Position numbers and translations under genes: made by a program. This document shows positions 25,394-32,134 of a stretch of DNA of 33,879 nt, piece after piece (the first letter of the stretch is position 1; the number at the start of each line of letters is the position of its first letter). The stretch is from a virus. Location of the stretch: the IMG/VR virus record IMGVR_UViG_3300033183_000115, positions 1 to 33,879 of that record. The stretch is one strand, 5' to 3'. The notes beneath the pieces are model-generated. The model was not told the DNA's origin and made no database searches. It worked only from the letters and a program-made list of their open reading frames with translations.

Positions 25394-26023
25394 CTAGAAC
25401 AGGTCAGCGCCTGCCGGTGTAGCAGGAGGTGTCGCCGCCACCTGCGGCGCGACCATCGCTGGTGCGGGTTCTTGTGCCGCGCCGTCAAGCGCAGCGGGCC
25501 GGTCGACCCAGCCCACGATATTCAGGACCGGAGCCTTGAAGCGCAACTCGCCTTGCGGTGACTGCACCTTAACAGTCTCCGGCTGGCCCGCTTCAATGAC
25601 CGGCACCTTGCCAGCGTTGGCGTGCTTCTCCGCCTCGAAGTGATCGTGCAAAGCGTCGATGACGCGCAGCACGGTCTTGGCTGAGTGGCTGAACTCACGC
25701 GGGCCGCTCTCGCCTTGGATCAAAAGCCGAAACCGAATGGCCTGCTTATGTTCCTCGGAAGGACGTGCCGGCATAGGCTCGCCGAGCTTGACCATATGAA
25801 AGTCCGGCGCGCCCGACGCAAACGACAGGTAACCCACCTCCATAGCGGCAATGTCCGCGACAAATTTGAACGGCGTGGCAAGCTCGCTTTCTTGTTTGCC
25901 CCAAGTGCCGTCAGCCCCTTGGACACGATCTTGGGCGATCCAGTCGCCACCCTTCGCGTCAAATTTTACGATTGGCAGAATGTCACCGCTGCCACGGCTT
26001 TCAGTCGAAAATCCTAACGCCAT
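25394..26023 (-). CDS. Possible ssDNA-binding protein (209 aa)
   Basis: Strong AAGGAG RBS and a position within the replication module. A Pro/Ala-rich flexible tail ends in ...GADLF, with a terminal aromatic residue as in T7 gp2.5-type SSBs. The function is a guess. Confidence 0.35.
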   Translation of the reverse strand: MALGFSTESRGSGDILPIVKFDAKGGDWIAQDRVQGADGTWGKQESELATPFKFVADIAAMEVGYLSFASGAPDFHMVKLGEPMPARPSEEHKQAIRFRLLIQGESGPREFSHSAKTVLRVIDALHDHFEAEKHANAGKVPVIEAGQPETVKVQSPQGELRFKAPVLNIVGWVDRPAALDGAAQEPAPAMVAPQVAATPPATPAGADLF

Positions 26024-26034
26024 CTATTTACTCC

Positions 26035-26475
26035 TTAAACGTCAACGTCAGTTTCAAAAGACCTGATGATTGTCAGGTCGCTCTGTTGGTAGTAGGCGCA
26101 GACGTCGGCGTCCTGTGGATCGCCTCGGTCTGACCTGCCACCCTTCTGTATCGAGAACGGCGCCGCAAAGTCGAGCTTTCCGAGCGCGTCCTGATACAAA
26201 AGAAGAAGATAAGACGGCAAACCCGTCGTATCTGTCAACTGTTTTGCGCGCAGCACCTTCGACAGCGAGATCATCACCGTCGGGTATGCGTCGTGCCTTA
26301 CGCGCCTTGCCTTGACCTCCGCGAAGCCGCATATGCCGCCATCGCGCCGGTCGTGAATGGCGAAATCCAGCTCGTACCGTACCGGCAGCTTGTATAGCTC
26401 ATAGCCGGCACCGGCCAGCAGATTGGCGACACGCTTTTCGTTGTCGAGGTCTGCCTGTGTCTCGTATTTAGGCAT
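26035..26475 (-). CDS. PD-(D/E)XK-fold nuclease-like protein (146 aa)
   Basis: Motif order is E(DNEKRV)...YELDFAI...GFAEVKAR, that is D...E-x-K. It overlaps the upstream nuclease gene by 8 nt. Confidence 0.5.
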   Translation of the reverse strand: MPKYETQADLDNEKRVANLLAGAGYELYKLPVRYELDFAIHDRRDGGICGFAEVKARRVRHDAYPTVMISLSKVLRAKQLTDTTGLPSYLLLLYQDALGKLDFAAPFSIQKGGRSDRGDPQDADVCAYYQQSDLTIIRSFETDVDV

Positions 26476-26914
26476 CCGCCAGATGCTCCCTTATCAACAT
26501 CATCGCCGTATCCGTGTCGCACTCAACCGCATACCGCCAGTCGTACATCTCTGTCGTGTCGCCCGCCGGCACATAGTCCGCCATACCGACGATGGCGGCG
26601 ACAGGAAAGCGCCAGCGCCACGGCTGCCGGTCATACCTATACGCCAGAAGCGGCATCTTAAAAGCCGCCTCAGCCGCCGTGCAGACTTGGTCCCACCAGT
26701 GGGGCTGCGCGCCATAGCCTTTCCCGTAGAGCTTCACCTCAACGCAAAACGGAAAGTTCGGATCGCTGCAAATCACATCGCCCAAGTCGCCCTGACGGTA
26801 CTGCTCGATGTCGCGCTTGAACGTCAGATTGTCGGCACCGCCGCCCAGCTCCTCGGTCAGTATCTTGATGACTTCCGTTTCGCCACGCACGCCCTTATTG
26901 CGACTGTTCACCAT
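26468..26914 (-). CDS. PD-(D/E)XK nuclease, Holliday-junction-resolvase-like (148 aa)
   Basis: NKGVRGETEV...GDLGDVICS...FCVEVKLYGK gives an E...D...E-V-K arrangement, as in Hjc/RecB-like phage resolvases. There is an ATGA overlap with the RHH gene. Confidence 0.55.
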   Translation of the reverse strand: MVNSRNKGVRGETEVIKILTEELGGGADNLTFKRDIEQYRQGDLGDVICSDPNFPFCVEVKLYGKGYGAQPHWWDQVCTAAEAAFKMPLLAYRYDRQPWRWRFPVAAIVGMADYVPAGDTTEMYDWRYAVECDTDTAMMLIREHLADA

Positions 26915-27114
26915 CAGCCCAGCTTCTCCGTGACGCGGTTCCGGTCCATCTCGCCCTGTATCATCCGCGAGCGGGCAATGCTCTCAAGCTGCTTAACGAG
27001 CAGCTCGTCGGCCAGCGAAGACTGCGAGCGGTGAGCCGACAGTTCCAGCTCACGTTTGAGCGCCTCGATGGTCGAGGCACGCAATCGTAGCAATGTTGGT
27101 TTTATTTCGGTCAT
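26914..27114 (-). CDS. Ribbon-helix-helix (CopG/Arc-like) transcriptional regulator (66 aa)
   Basis: I trimmed the track ORF to the ATG at 27114 (GAAGGGA upstream). TLLRLRASTIEALKRELELSAHRSQSSLADELLVKQL fits a beta-strand/helix/helix pattern. It is the first gene of the leftward operon at the divergent control region. Confidence 0.6.
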   Translation of the reverse strand: MTEIKPTLLRLRASTIEALKRELELSAHRSQSSLADELLVKQLESIARSRMIQGEMDRNRVTEKLG

Positions 27115-27348
27115 TTGACTATCCCTTCTGTAAGTCAAGCTGGAAGCTAAAAACGCCGCTGGCGTCAAAAAGGTAGGAAAGTAGCCTAAAATAGCTAAAG
27201 CCCGTCAGTGGGCAAATTTGGGCGATTAAAGGCATATTGATATTTTTCTGATATTTTTTTAGTATCCCTATTGTTTTACGCTTGTATCATACCCATATCT
27301 GGATTATAAGGTACAAATAAGGTTCAAATTGAAAGGGAGATCGAACCA
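27115..27348. promoter_or_regulatory. Divergent control region between the leftward (RHH-led) and rightward operons
   Basis: 234-nt AT-rich spacer. Plus-strand sigma70-like candidates are TTGATA (27237..27242)-17 nt-TAGTAT (27260..27265) and TTGTAT (27282..27287)-17 nt-TATAAG (27305..27310). There is a tandem TGATATTTTT direct repeat. The palindrome ACGCC-GCT-GGCGT (27153..27165) is flanked by A-runs. Confidence 0.55.
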
Positions 27349-28041
27349 ATGAAAAAGACAGTACGCGATTACACACAGTCAGCCATCGCCGCTTCACGGT
27401 TTGGCCACTTCACAACTAAAGCCGCACAGAAGGACGCGCTCGACGATCTGAACCGCGCCTATCATCTGATGCGCGGCAACATCTCATACGGCGCGCTGCG
27501 CGAAGCTGGCATCAGCGTGTGGGACGTTCCACACGATCTGCACCAAATCCGCGAAAAGCATCGTCAGGCATTTGAGGCGTCTCACCTCAACTTCGACGCC
27601 GTCCTTGAGAAGCTCGACCTTCGCAACAAGATCAAGGCAATGGAAATCGTCAAGGCTGCACCAAAGCCTAAAGCTGCTCCTACTGGCAACCAAGCCACGC
27701 ATCAGGGGTCTTGCCAGATTTGCGGTCGCGTTCACAAGGTCAACAACCGGACTGGCCGGATTGCCACTCACGGTTACACCACCCGCTTTGGTTACTTCGA
27801 GGGCGAGTGTTCTGGCCGCGGCCAGTTGCCTTACGAGAAGTCATGCGACTATCTGGTCAAGGTTATCGACCAGCAGCGCGATATGATTAAGTCTCTGATG
27901 TCTGACCCGTCAGCGGTATACGACCAGCGCCGGCCAAAGATAACAAACGAAATGGTCGCCGGCCAGATCGCAGCGTTCATTGAACGCGCCGAGCGCCGCG
28001 TCGCAGATTGGAAACCAGCAAACCTTATTCCGGTGGCCTAA
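27349..28041 (+). CDS. Hypothetical early protein (230 aa) with a Cys/His cluster (CQICGRVH...H...C)
   Basis: Track ORF with RBS AAGGGAGAT. Confidence 0.8.
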   Translation: MKKTVRDYTQSAIAASRFGHFTTKAAQKDALDDLNRAYHLMRGNISYGALREAGISVWDVPHDLHQIREKHRQAFEASHLNFDAVLEKLDLRNKIKAMEIVKAAPKPKAAPTGNQATHQGSCQICGRVHKVNNRTGRIATHGYTTRFGYFEGECSGRGQLPYEKSCDYLVKVIDQQRDMIKSLMSDPSAVYDQRRPKITNEMVAGQIAAFIERAERRVADWKPANLIPVA

Positions 28042-28050
28042 CGGCCACCG
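28031..28050 (+). other. Stop-codon hairpin cggtggcc-TAAC-ggccaccg (copy 1 of a two-copy intergenic cassette)
   Basis: 8-bp perfect stem with the TAA stop in the tetraloop, followed by CTAACC and then the RBS. The core GGCCTAACGGCC recurs at 30657..30668. Confidence 0.5.
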
Positions 28051-28072
28051 ACTAACCTCGGAGGGAAATGAT

Positions 28073-28453
28073 ATGCAATACGATTATCCACCAATCCCGA
28101 CATTCCTGCTGCGCGGTCACGCTGACTGCATCGTCAAGGCCAGCGCCGCAGCAGTTGTCGACCGCGCGGTAGAAATGCCGCAGGCCAAAAACAAATTGAC
28201 CGCCGCGTTCAAGGGGCGCGTCGCGTCATCCGTTATCAGCAGCATCCGCAATGGCAACGACACGTTCGGCAAGTTGCGGAAGGCGCTGCCCGAATACGCG
28301 GACAACGAGATCAGAGCGGGTATCCGCTTTGCAAAGAAGTGGGTGCCAATGCTTGAACGCAAAGGCACCCGCGCCAAGCCAGTGATGGCTAAATACCAAG
28401 CGCGCGTCGTGTCCAACGGCAAGCGCTATGAAGTTGTAACCTACTCGTCCTAA
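28073..28453 (+). CDS. Hypothetical protein (126 aa)
   Basis: I trimmed the track ORF to the ATG at 28073 (GGAGGGA upstream; MQYDYPPIPTF...). Confidence 0.75.
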   Translation: MQYDYPPIPTFLLRGHADCIVKASAAAVVDRAVEMPQAKNKLTAAFKGRVASSVISSIRNGNDTFGKLRKALPEYADNEIRAGIRFAKKWVPMLERKGTRAKPVMAKYQARVVSNGKRYEVVTYSS

Positions 28454-28469
28454 ATCAAGGGAGATCAAA

Positions 28470-28727
28470 ATGAATAGCATCGTAGAAGTTCCACCATATG
28501 CTGCCGACATTGGCGTCATCTGGGTATGCCTTAACTCTGTCTGCTTTAACGGCAACCCTGAAGCAATGCGCGCTCATCGCCGGCTGCTGAAGACGTATCG
28601 CCGCAAGATCGCAAAGCTCAACGAAGTTGATCCTAGCGAGATCGAAAGCGAGATGATTGAGTTTTACGAAGACGTGGCCAAGAGTGTTGCGCGTCGTCGC
28701 CGGCAGGAGGCACGGGTCAATGCTTAA
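28470..28727 (+). CDS. Hypothetical protein (85 aa)
   Basis: Track ORF with RBS AAGGGAGAT. Confidence 0.75.
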   Translation: MNSIVEVPPYAADIGVIWVCLNSVCFNGNPEAMRAHRRLLKTYRRKIAKLNEVDPSEIESEMIEFYEDVAKSVARRRRQEARVNA

Positions 28728-28842
28728 AGACGCAATCGGAATGTTTGTCATCACTTCACTGGTGATCGTGTTCGGCACCAACGCCGTCACGACCCAGTGG
28801 AACATGTGGGCCTTGATGGTCCGGTTCTTGGGAGGTCAGTGA
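28720..28842 (+). CDS. Small membrane protein (40 aa; MLKDAIGMFVITSLVIVFGTNAVTTQWNMWALMVRFLGGQ)
   Basis: ATG at 28720 with GGCAGGAGG 8 nt upstream, overlapping the upstream stop. One clear hydrophobic helix is present. Confidence 0.5.
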   Translation: MLKDAIGMFVITSLVIVFGTNAVTTQWNMWALMVRFLGGQ

Positions 28843-28843
28843 T

Positions 28844-29071
28844 ATGAAGGTCACAAAATTAAAACGCGGCTATGCGATCCGCTTGTCTGACAGCGAATAC
28901 GATCTGTTGAGTGGTGAAATGCAATGGGAGTTTATGCAAAGCAGCATGTTCGTTGATGAAGATTGGAAGCATTTGCCACCTGACCAACAGCGTGTTCTCA
29001 CAGAAATATCCAATCTAAAACGCGATTGGTTTGCAATCAATGAAGATAGGAGATCATCCAATGGTCGGTAA
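28844..29071 (+). CDS. Hypothetical protein (75 aa), AT-rich gene
   Basis: Track ORF with RBS GGGAGG. A hand count gives about 43% GC, against about 60-70% in the adjacent exonuclease gene. Confidence 0.7.
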   Translation: MKVTKLKRGYAIRLSDSEYDLLSGEMQWEFMQSSMFVDEDWKHLPPDQQRVLTEISNLKRDWFAINEDRRSSNGR

Positions 29072-30023
29072 ACGCACACCTGACGACATCGTCACCGCAA
29101 GCCGGATCCCGGCGCTGATGGGCGTCAGCCCATACGACACACAAAACGACCTGCTGGCATCCGTGCTGGCAGCCGTCGAGGGCAAGCCCGACCCCAAGCC
29201 GTTCAACGGCAATGAGGCTTGCGACTGGGGCGACACGCTAGAGCCGGTCATCATCAAGACAGCCGCCGAGCGGTTGGGGCTGACCGACTTGCAGCTCGAA
29301 CACGACGCCGTCTTTCACGACACGCTGCCTTTTGCTGTGTCGCTGGACGGCACCGCCGACGGCGGGCTGGGCCACAACGTCGACACCGACTGGTCTAAGG
29401 GCATCATCTGCCCGAATGGCCCTGTATGGGTCGACGGCACGGGCGTGCTGGAAAGCAAGCTGACCAGCAGCAAGCCAGAGGACGCGCCAGCGCCTCACAG
29501 AGGCCCGCTACAGCTTCAGGGGCAGCTAATGGCCACCGGCCACACTTGGGGCGCTGTGTGCGTCTTATACGGCGGTGTGGAGCTGCGTATCTTCCTCTAT
29601 CAGGCCGACGCCGCGGTGCAATCAAAGATAATGAACGCGATCCACGACTTCGAGCGTCGCAAGATGGACGTCGACTGGTATCCCGTGCTGACTAGCTCTG
29701 ACGGCAACACCGCCTACAGCCGCGTCGACGACGGCGCCCCGCCGCTTGAACTGCCGGAAGAACAGGCCGACTGGCTGGGCCAGCTCGTCAACGCCAAAGA
29801 GGCAAAACGTGCCGCCGAGCAGGACATCGACGAGGCCGAGGCTGCGCTCAAAGAGTTTATGGGCAGCCACGAGCAGGCGACGGGCGTGGTCGGCAATACG
29901 ACCTACACCGTGCGCTGGCCGATGCGTAACTTCAAGGCACAGCCGGCAAAGACAACACCGGCTAAACCGGCCCGTGTGGCCCGTCAGGGGACGCTGACGG
30001 TAAAGGTGGCCTATGATGAGTGA
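29061..30023 (+). CDS. YqaJ/lambda-exonuclease-family recombination exonuclease (320 aa) with a roughly 100-aa C-terminal extension
   Basis: The ATG at 29061 has AGGAGAT upstream. Motifs are ASRIPALMGVSPYDTQNDLL, WGDTLEPVIIK, SLDGTADG and GVLESKLTS (D...E-x-K). Confidence 0.8.
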   Translation: MVGKRTPDDIVTASRIPALMGVSPYDTQNDLLASVLAAVEGKPDPKPFNGNEACDWGDTLEPVIIKTAAERLGLTDLQLEHDAVFHDTLPFAVSLDGTADGGLGHNVDTDWSKGIICPNGPVWVDGTGVLESKLTSSKPEDAPAPHRGPLQLQGQLMATGHTWGAVCVLYGGVELRIFLYQADAAVQSKIMNAIHDFERRKMDVDWYPVLTSSDGNTAYSRVDDGAPPLELPEEQADWLGQLVNAKEAKRAAEQDIDEAEAALKEFMGSHEQATGVVGNTTYTVRWPMRNFKAQPAKTTPAKPARVARQGTLTVKVAYDE

Positions 30024-30228
30024 GGCAAACCTAACAGCCAAGCAGGCGCATTTTAAGCGCATGTGGCAGCGGTTTGTGCGGAAGTACGGCCACGCGCCTA
30101 CCCTGCACCAGATGGCCGGCCACATGAGCCTAAGCCCGTCGATGGTTAAAAAGTACCAAGACCAGCTCATTGAACGCGGCGCCGCCGTAAGGGTGGCTGG
30201 TAAAGCAGCCGGGTTTCGGCTAACATAG
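30013..30228 (+). CDS. LexA-N-terminal-like winged-helix DNA-binding protein (71 aa)
   Basis: LTAKQAHFKRMWQRFVRKYGHAPTLHQMAGHMSLSPSMVKKYQDQLIERGA resembles the LexA DNA-binding domain pattern. It overlaps the exonuclease gene by 11 nt. Confidence 0.5.
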   Translation: MMSEANLTAKQAHFKRMWQRFVRKYGHAPTLHQMAGHMSLSPSMVKKYQDQLIERGAAVRVAGKAAGFRLT

Positions 30229-30266
30229 TCGGTAGCAGGCCTCCCTCCCGCCTGCTGCTTACCCTC

Positions 30267-30311
30267 GCGACCCAGCTATTCTCTCCCTTAAAGCTGGGTC
30301 GCCTTTTTTTT
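30267..30311 (+). terminator. Rho-independent terminator ending the first rightward operon
   Basis: An 11-bp stem gcgacccagct/agctgggtcgc with a 14-nt loop, followed by T8. A second hairpin, agcaggc/gcctgct (30234..30256), precedes it. Confidence 0.85.
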
Positions 30312-30323
30312 GCATAAGGGGTA

Positions 30324-30352
30324 TTGATATTATTGTGATAGCATATTATCTT
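30324..30352 (+). promoter_or_regulatory. Sigma70-like promoter candidate (TTGATA-17 nt-TATCTT)
   Basis: It lies between the terminator and the next RBS. It shares the octamer TTGATATT with the 27237 candidate and with the minus-strand candidate at 21412. Confidence 0.5.
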
Positions 30353-30384
30353 CTTAGGGTAAGTTGATTTAAGGGAGATTAGAT

Positions 30385-30663
30385 ATGTTTGATTTTGTAG
30401 CAAAGCGGGTTGAAGCAGGCGTTCCAGCTTGGGGCTTGTTTGAGGGTGGTTCTGAAATTGGCGTCCTTACAGCCTTTGATGGTGAGGGCGTTGTCGCTAC
30501 CATTGAAACACGCATTGGCGAAGAACACACATTTCGCGGTGATGTTGTTGCTGATGTTTTGGCCGCTTGTCGCAAGGCTTATGTGGCTGATTACGAATAC
30601 GCCGAAGCAGAACTTCGCGATTTAGAAGTTGCAGACGCTGGTAGATATTTGGCGGCGGCCTAA
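30385..30663 (+). CDS. Hypothetical protein (92 aa)
   Basis: Track ORF with RBS AAGGGAGAT. Confidence 0.75.
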   Translation: MFDFVAKRVEAGVPAWGLFEGGSEIGVLTAFDGEGVVATIETRIGEEHTFRGDVVADVLAACRKAYVADYEYAEAELRDLEVADAGRYLAAA

Positions 30664-30673
30664 CGGCCCCGCC
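30651..30673 (+). other. Stop-codon hairpin ggcggcggcc-TAAC-ggccccgcc (copy 2, with one bulge)
   Basis: It has the same GGCC-TAAC-GGCC core with the stop codon in the loop, followed by CTAACC and then the RBS, as at 28031..28072. Confidence 0.45.
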
Positions 30674-30693
30674 CTAACCAAGGGAGCAGCACT

Positions 30694-30867
30694 ATGAAAA
30701 CACCATCATTTGAAAAAGGCGAATTGATAAACATAAAGGGCGACGACGGCGGTTATGTGACCGCCCAAGTCCGCCACATCGACGGCATCAACGATGAGCT
30801 TTACAGCGTGATCTTCGAGGACATGCAGACCGGCGATCGGTTCAGGCGGACCTACCGCTACAAATAA
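30694..30867 (+). CDS. Small protein (57 aa; MKTPSFEKGELINIKGDDGGYVTAQVRHIDGINDELYSVIFEDMQTGDRFRRTYRYK), SH3/KOW-like beta pattern
   Basis: Not in the track because it is under 60 aa. RBS AAGGGAG lies upstream and a strong terminator follows directly. Confidence 0.6.
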   Translation: MKTPSFEKGELINIKGDDGGYVTAQVRHIDGINDELYSVIFEDMQTGDRFRRTYRYK

Positions 30868-30876
30868 TCTCCCTGA

Positions 30877-30905
30877 CCCCCGCCACTGTGCGGGGGTTTT
30901 TATTT
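30877..30905 (+). terminator. Rho-independent terminator at the convergence of the rightward and leftward transcription blocks
   Basis: cccccgc-cactgt-gcggggg is followed by TTTTTATTT. It overlaps the stop of the minus-strand holin gene. Confidence 0.85.
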
Positions 30906-31331
30906 GCGATACTTGCTGACGGCGCGGTTGCCAAACCAGAACGACATAATCGCCGCAAACAGACCCTGCGTTTCCCCGCTCCACAGAAGCTCCACAGCGG
31001 CCTTCCAGTCTCCGCCACTGTCTAACACCTTAATCACGATGACGGCCTCCACGGCGCAAAATAGGCCGAAGAACGCGTATGTTATGACGGGGCGAACAGA
31101 ACCGCGCAAAGCATTAACAAAAGAGCCAGCGTCGAGAGACTTATCATGCTCGTATATCCCTTTTGCCTCGGCTATGTCGGCCTCGAAGTCCAGCTCCTTT
31201 AGCCGCAGATCCGACTGTGCCTTCATCAGCTCAAGGCGTTGCTTGTGTTCCTGCGCTTGCTTGAAATAGTTTAGCACCTCCGGCAGGAAGCTGGTGCCAA
31301 AGCCCAAGAGGCTACCGAGTAGGCTCATCAT
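30900..31331 (-). CDS. Holin-like membrane protein (143 aa; resembles the 'GTA holin, 3 TM' family of alphaproteobacterial GTAs and phages)
   Basis: N-terminus MMSLLGSLLGFG, a central charged helix (ELMKAQSDLRLKELDFEADIAEAKG) and C-terminal hydrophobic helices. It is the last gene of the lysis cassette, with an ATGA overlap. Confidence 0.6.
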   Translation of the reverse strand: MMSLLGSLLGFGTSFLPEVLNYFKQAQEHKQRLELMKAQSDLRLKELDFEADIAEAKGIYEHDKSLDAGSFVNALRGSVRPVITYAFFGLFCAVEAVIVIKVLDSGGDWKAAVELLWSGETQGLFAAIMSFWFGNRAVSKYRK

Positions 31332-31531
31332 TTCGCTTTATTCTCCGAGTTAATCCACACGGCAAACGATCCGGTCATAGCGCCCATAACCACAGACACA
31401 AACGCCGACTGGCTGGCGACTGGATCAGACAGGTTCATAAACCACTCGGCGCAACGCCAGCTCATTAGCGTCATCACCAGCATCATAAAGCGTGGAAGTA
31501 TCTTCCACTTTAGTACCTGTTCGGCGCTCAT
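31328..31531 (-). CDS. Two-TM small membrane protein (67 aa), holin/antiholin candidate
   Basis: The two hydrophobic helices are ILPRFMMLVMTLMSW and AFVSVVMGAMTGSFAVWI. It lies next to the lysozyme gene and has ATGA overlaps on both sides. Confidence 0.6.
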   Translation of the reverse strand: MSAEQVLKWKILPRFMMLVMTLMSWRCAEWFMNLSDPVASQSAFVSVVMGAMTGSFAVWINSENKAK

Positions 31532-31638
31532 CCGAAAAACGCCTTGGGCTTGTTACGCTTGTTGACGTTTTTCTTGTGCTGACCGGGACGGCGTACCCGT
31601 TTCCGTTCGATACGAACATTCTCAACCTTCTTTGCCAT
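31528..31638 (-). CDS. Putative 36-aa highly cationic peptide (MAKKVENVRIERKRVRRPGQHKKNVNKRNKPKAFFG)
   Basis: Not in the track. The ATG at 31638 lies 17 nt inside the lysozyme 3' end, with AGGGCG upstream. Its TGA overlaps the next ATG (ATGA). It fills an otherwise non-coding 90-nt gap. Confidence 0.4.
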   Translation of the reverse strand: MAKKVENVRIERKRVRRPGQHKKNVNKRNKPKAFFG

Positions 31639-32134
31639 CTGCTAACGCCCTAAATCTTGCCGTAATTCTTTTGGCCCTGTTTGGTGTCTGGTCGAACCAG
31701 CGGCTGTCTTCTGCCTCTGCCGCGACGTCAAGCCACGCCTTTGGGTCGTCCATAGCCTTGGCGACATTCTTCCACATCTTGACGAATTTTGAGTACCTTG
31801 GGAAGCCTAACTGGAAGCACATGTTGCACAAGCACAATGCCGCGTCAGGGTAACGCTCGTCCAGCTCGTCAAAGTCGACGCCGACCTTGTCGCACAAGCG
31901 CCGGCAATCTTCGATAGTGACGGATATATCCAAATTAAACCGCTGCCGCACGCGGTCCTCTGACACTGGTGTGCCTACAGGCTTGCCGTATTCTTGGTCA
32001 TGCTCTTTTACCAGCGCGCCTATACCGAAAGTTGGCAGACCTAAATGGTCTAGGTAAATGATGTGTTCGCCAGCATCATTTTTTTTAACGCCTTCGTCGG
32101 CGGCTATTTCTTCTCGCAATGTGTCTTTATTCAT
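31622..32134 (-). CDS. T4-type lysozyme (GH24 endolysin), 170 aa
   Basis: Catalytic pattern is DEG...YLDHLGLPTFGIG. SRWFDQTPNRAKRITARFR is nearly identical to T4 lysozyme SRWYNQTPNRAKRVITTFR. Confidence 0.95.
   Translation of the reverse strand: MNKDTLREEIAADEGVKKNDAGEHIIYLDHLGLPTFGIGALVKEHDQEYGKPVGTPVSEDRVRQRFNLDISVTIEDCRRLCDKVGVDFDELDERYPDAALCLCNMCFQLGFPRYSKFVKMWKNVAKAMDDPKAWLDVAAEAEDSRWFDQTPNRAKRITARFRALADGKEG

Noticed and set aside
26468-27114. The RHH protein plus overlapping nuclease as a toxin-antitoxin pair.
   Set aside because: The RHH gene heads a roughly 30-kb operon at the divergent promoter region. The downstream protein looks like a Holliday-junction-resolvase-type nuclease rather than a known TA toxin. 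A phage transcriptional regulator is the simpler reading. This is not excluded experimentally.
31425-31625. 66-aa track ORF (MRMFVSNGNGYAV...) in the lysozyme-holin gap.
   Set aside because: It starts at a TTG and overlaps the two-TM holin-like gene by about 100 nt in another frame. The alternative 36-aa frame ends in the genome-typical ATGA overlap, so I prefer that one, still with low confidence.
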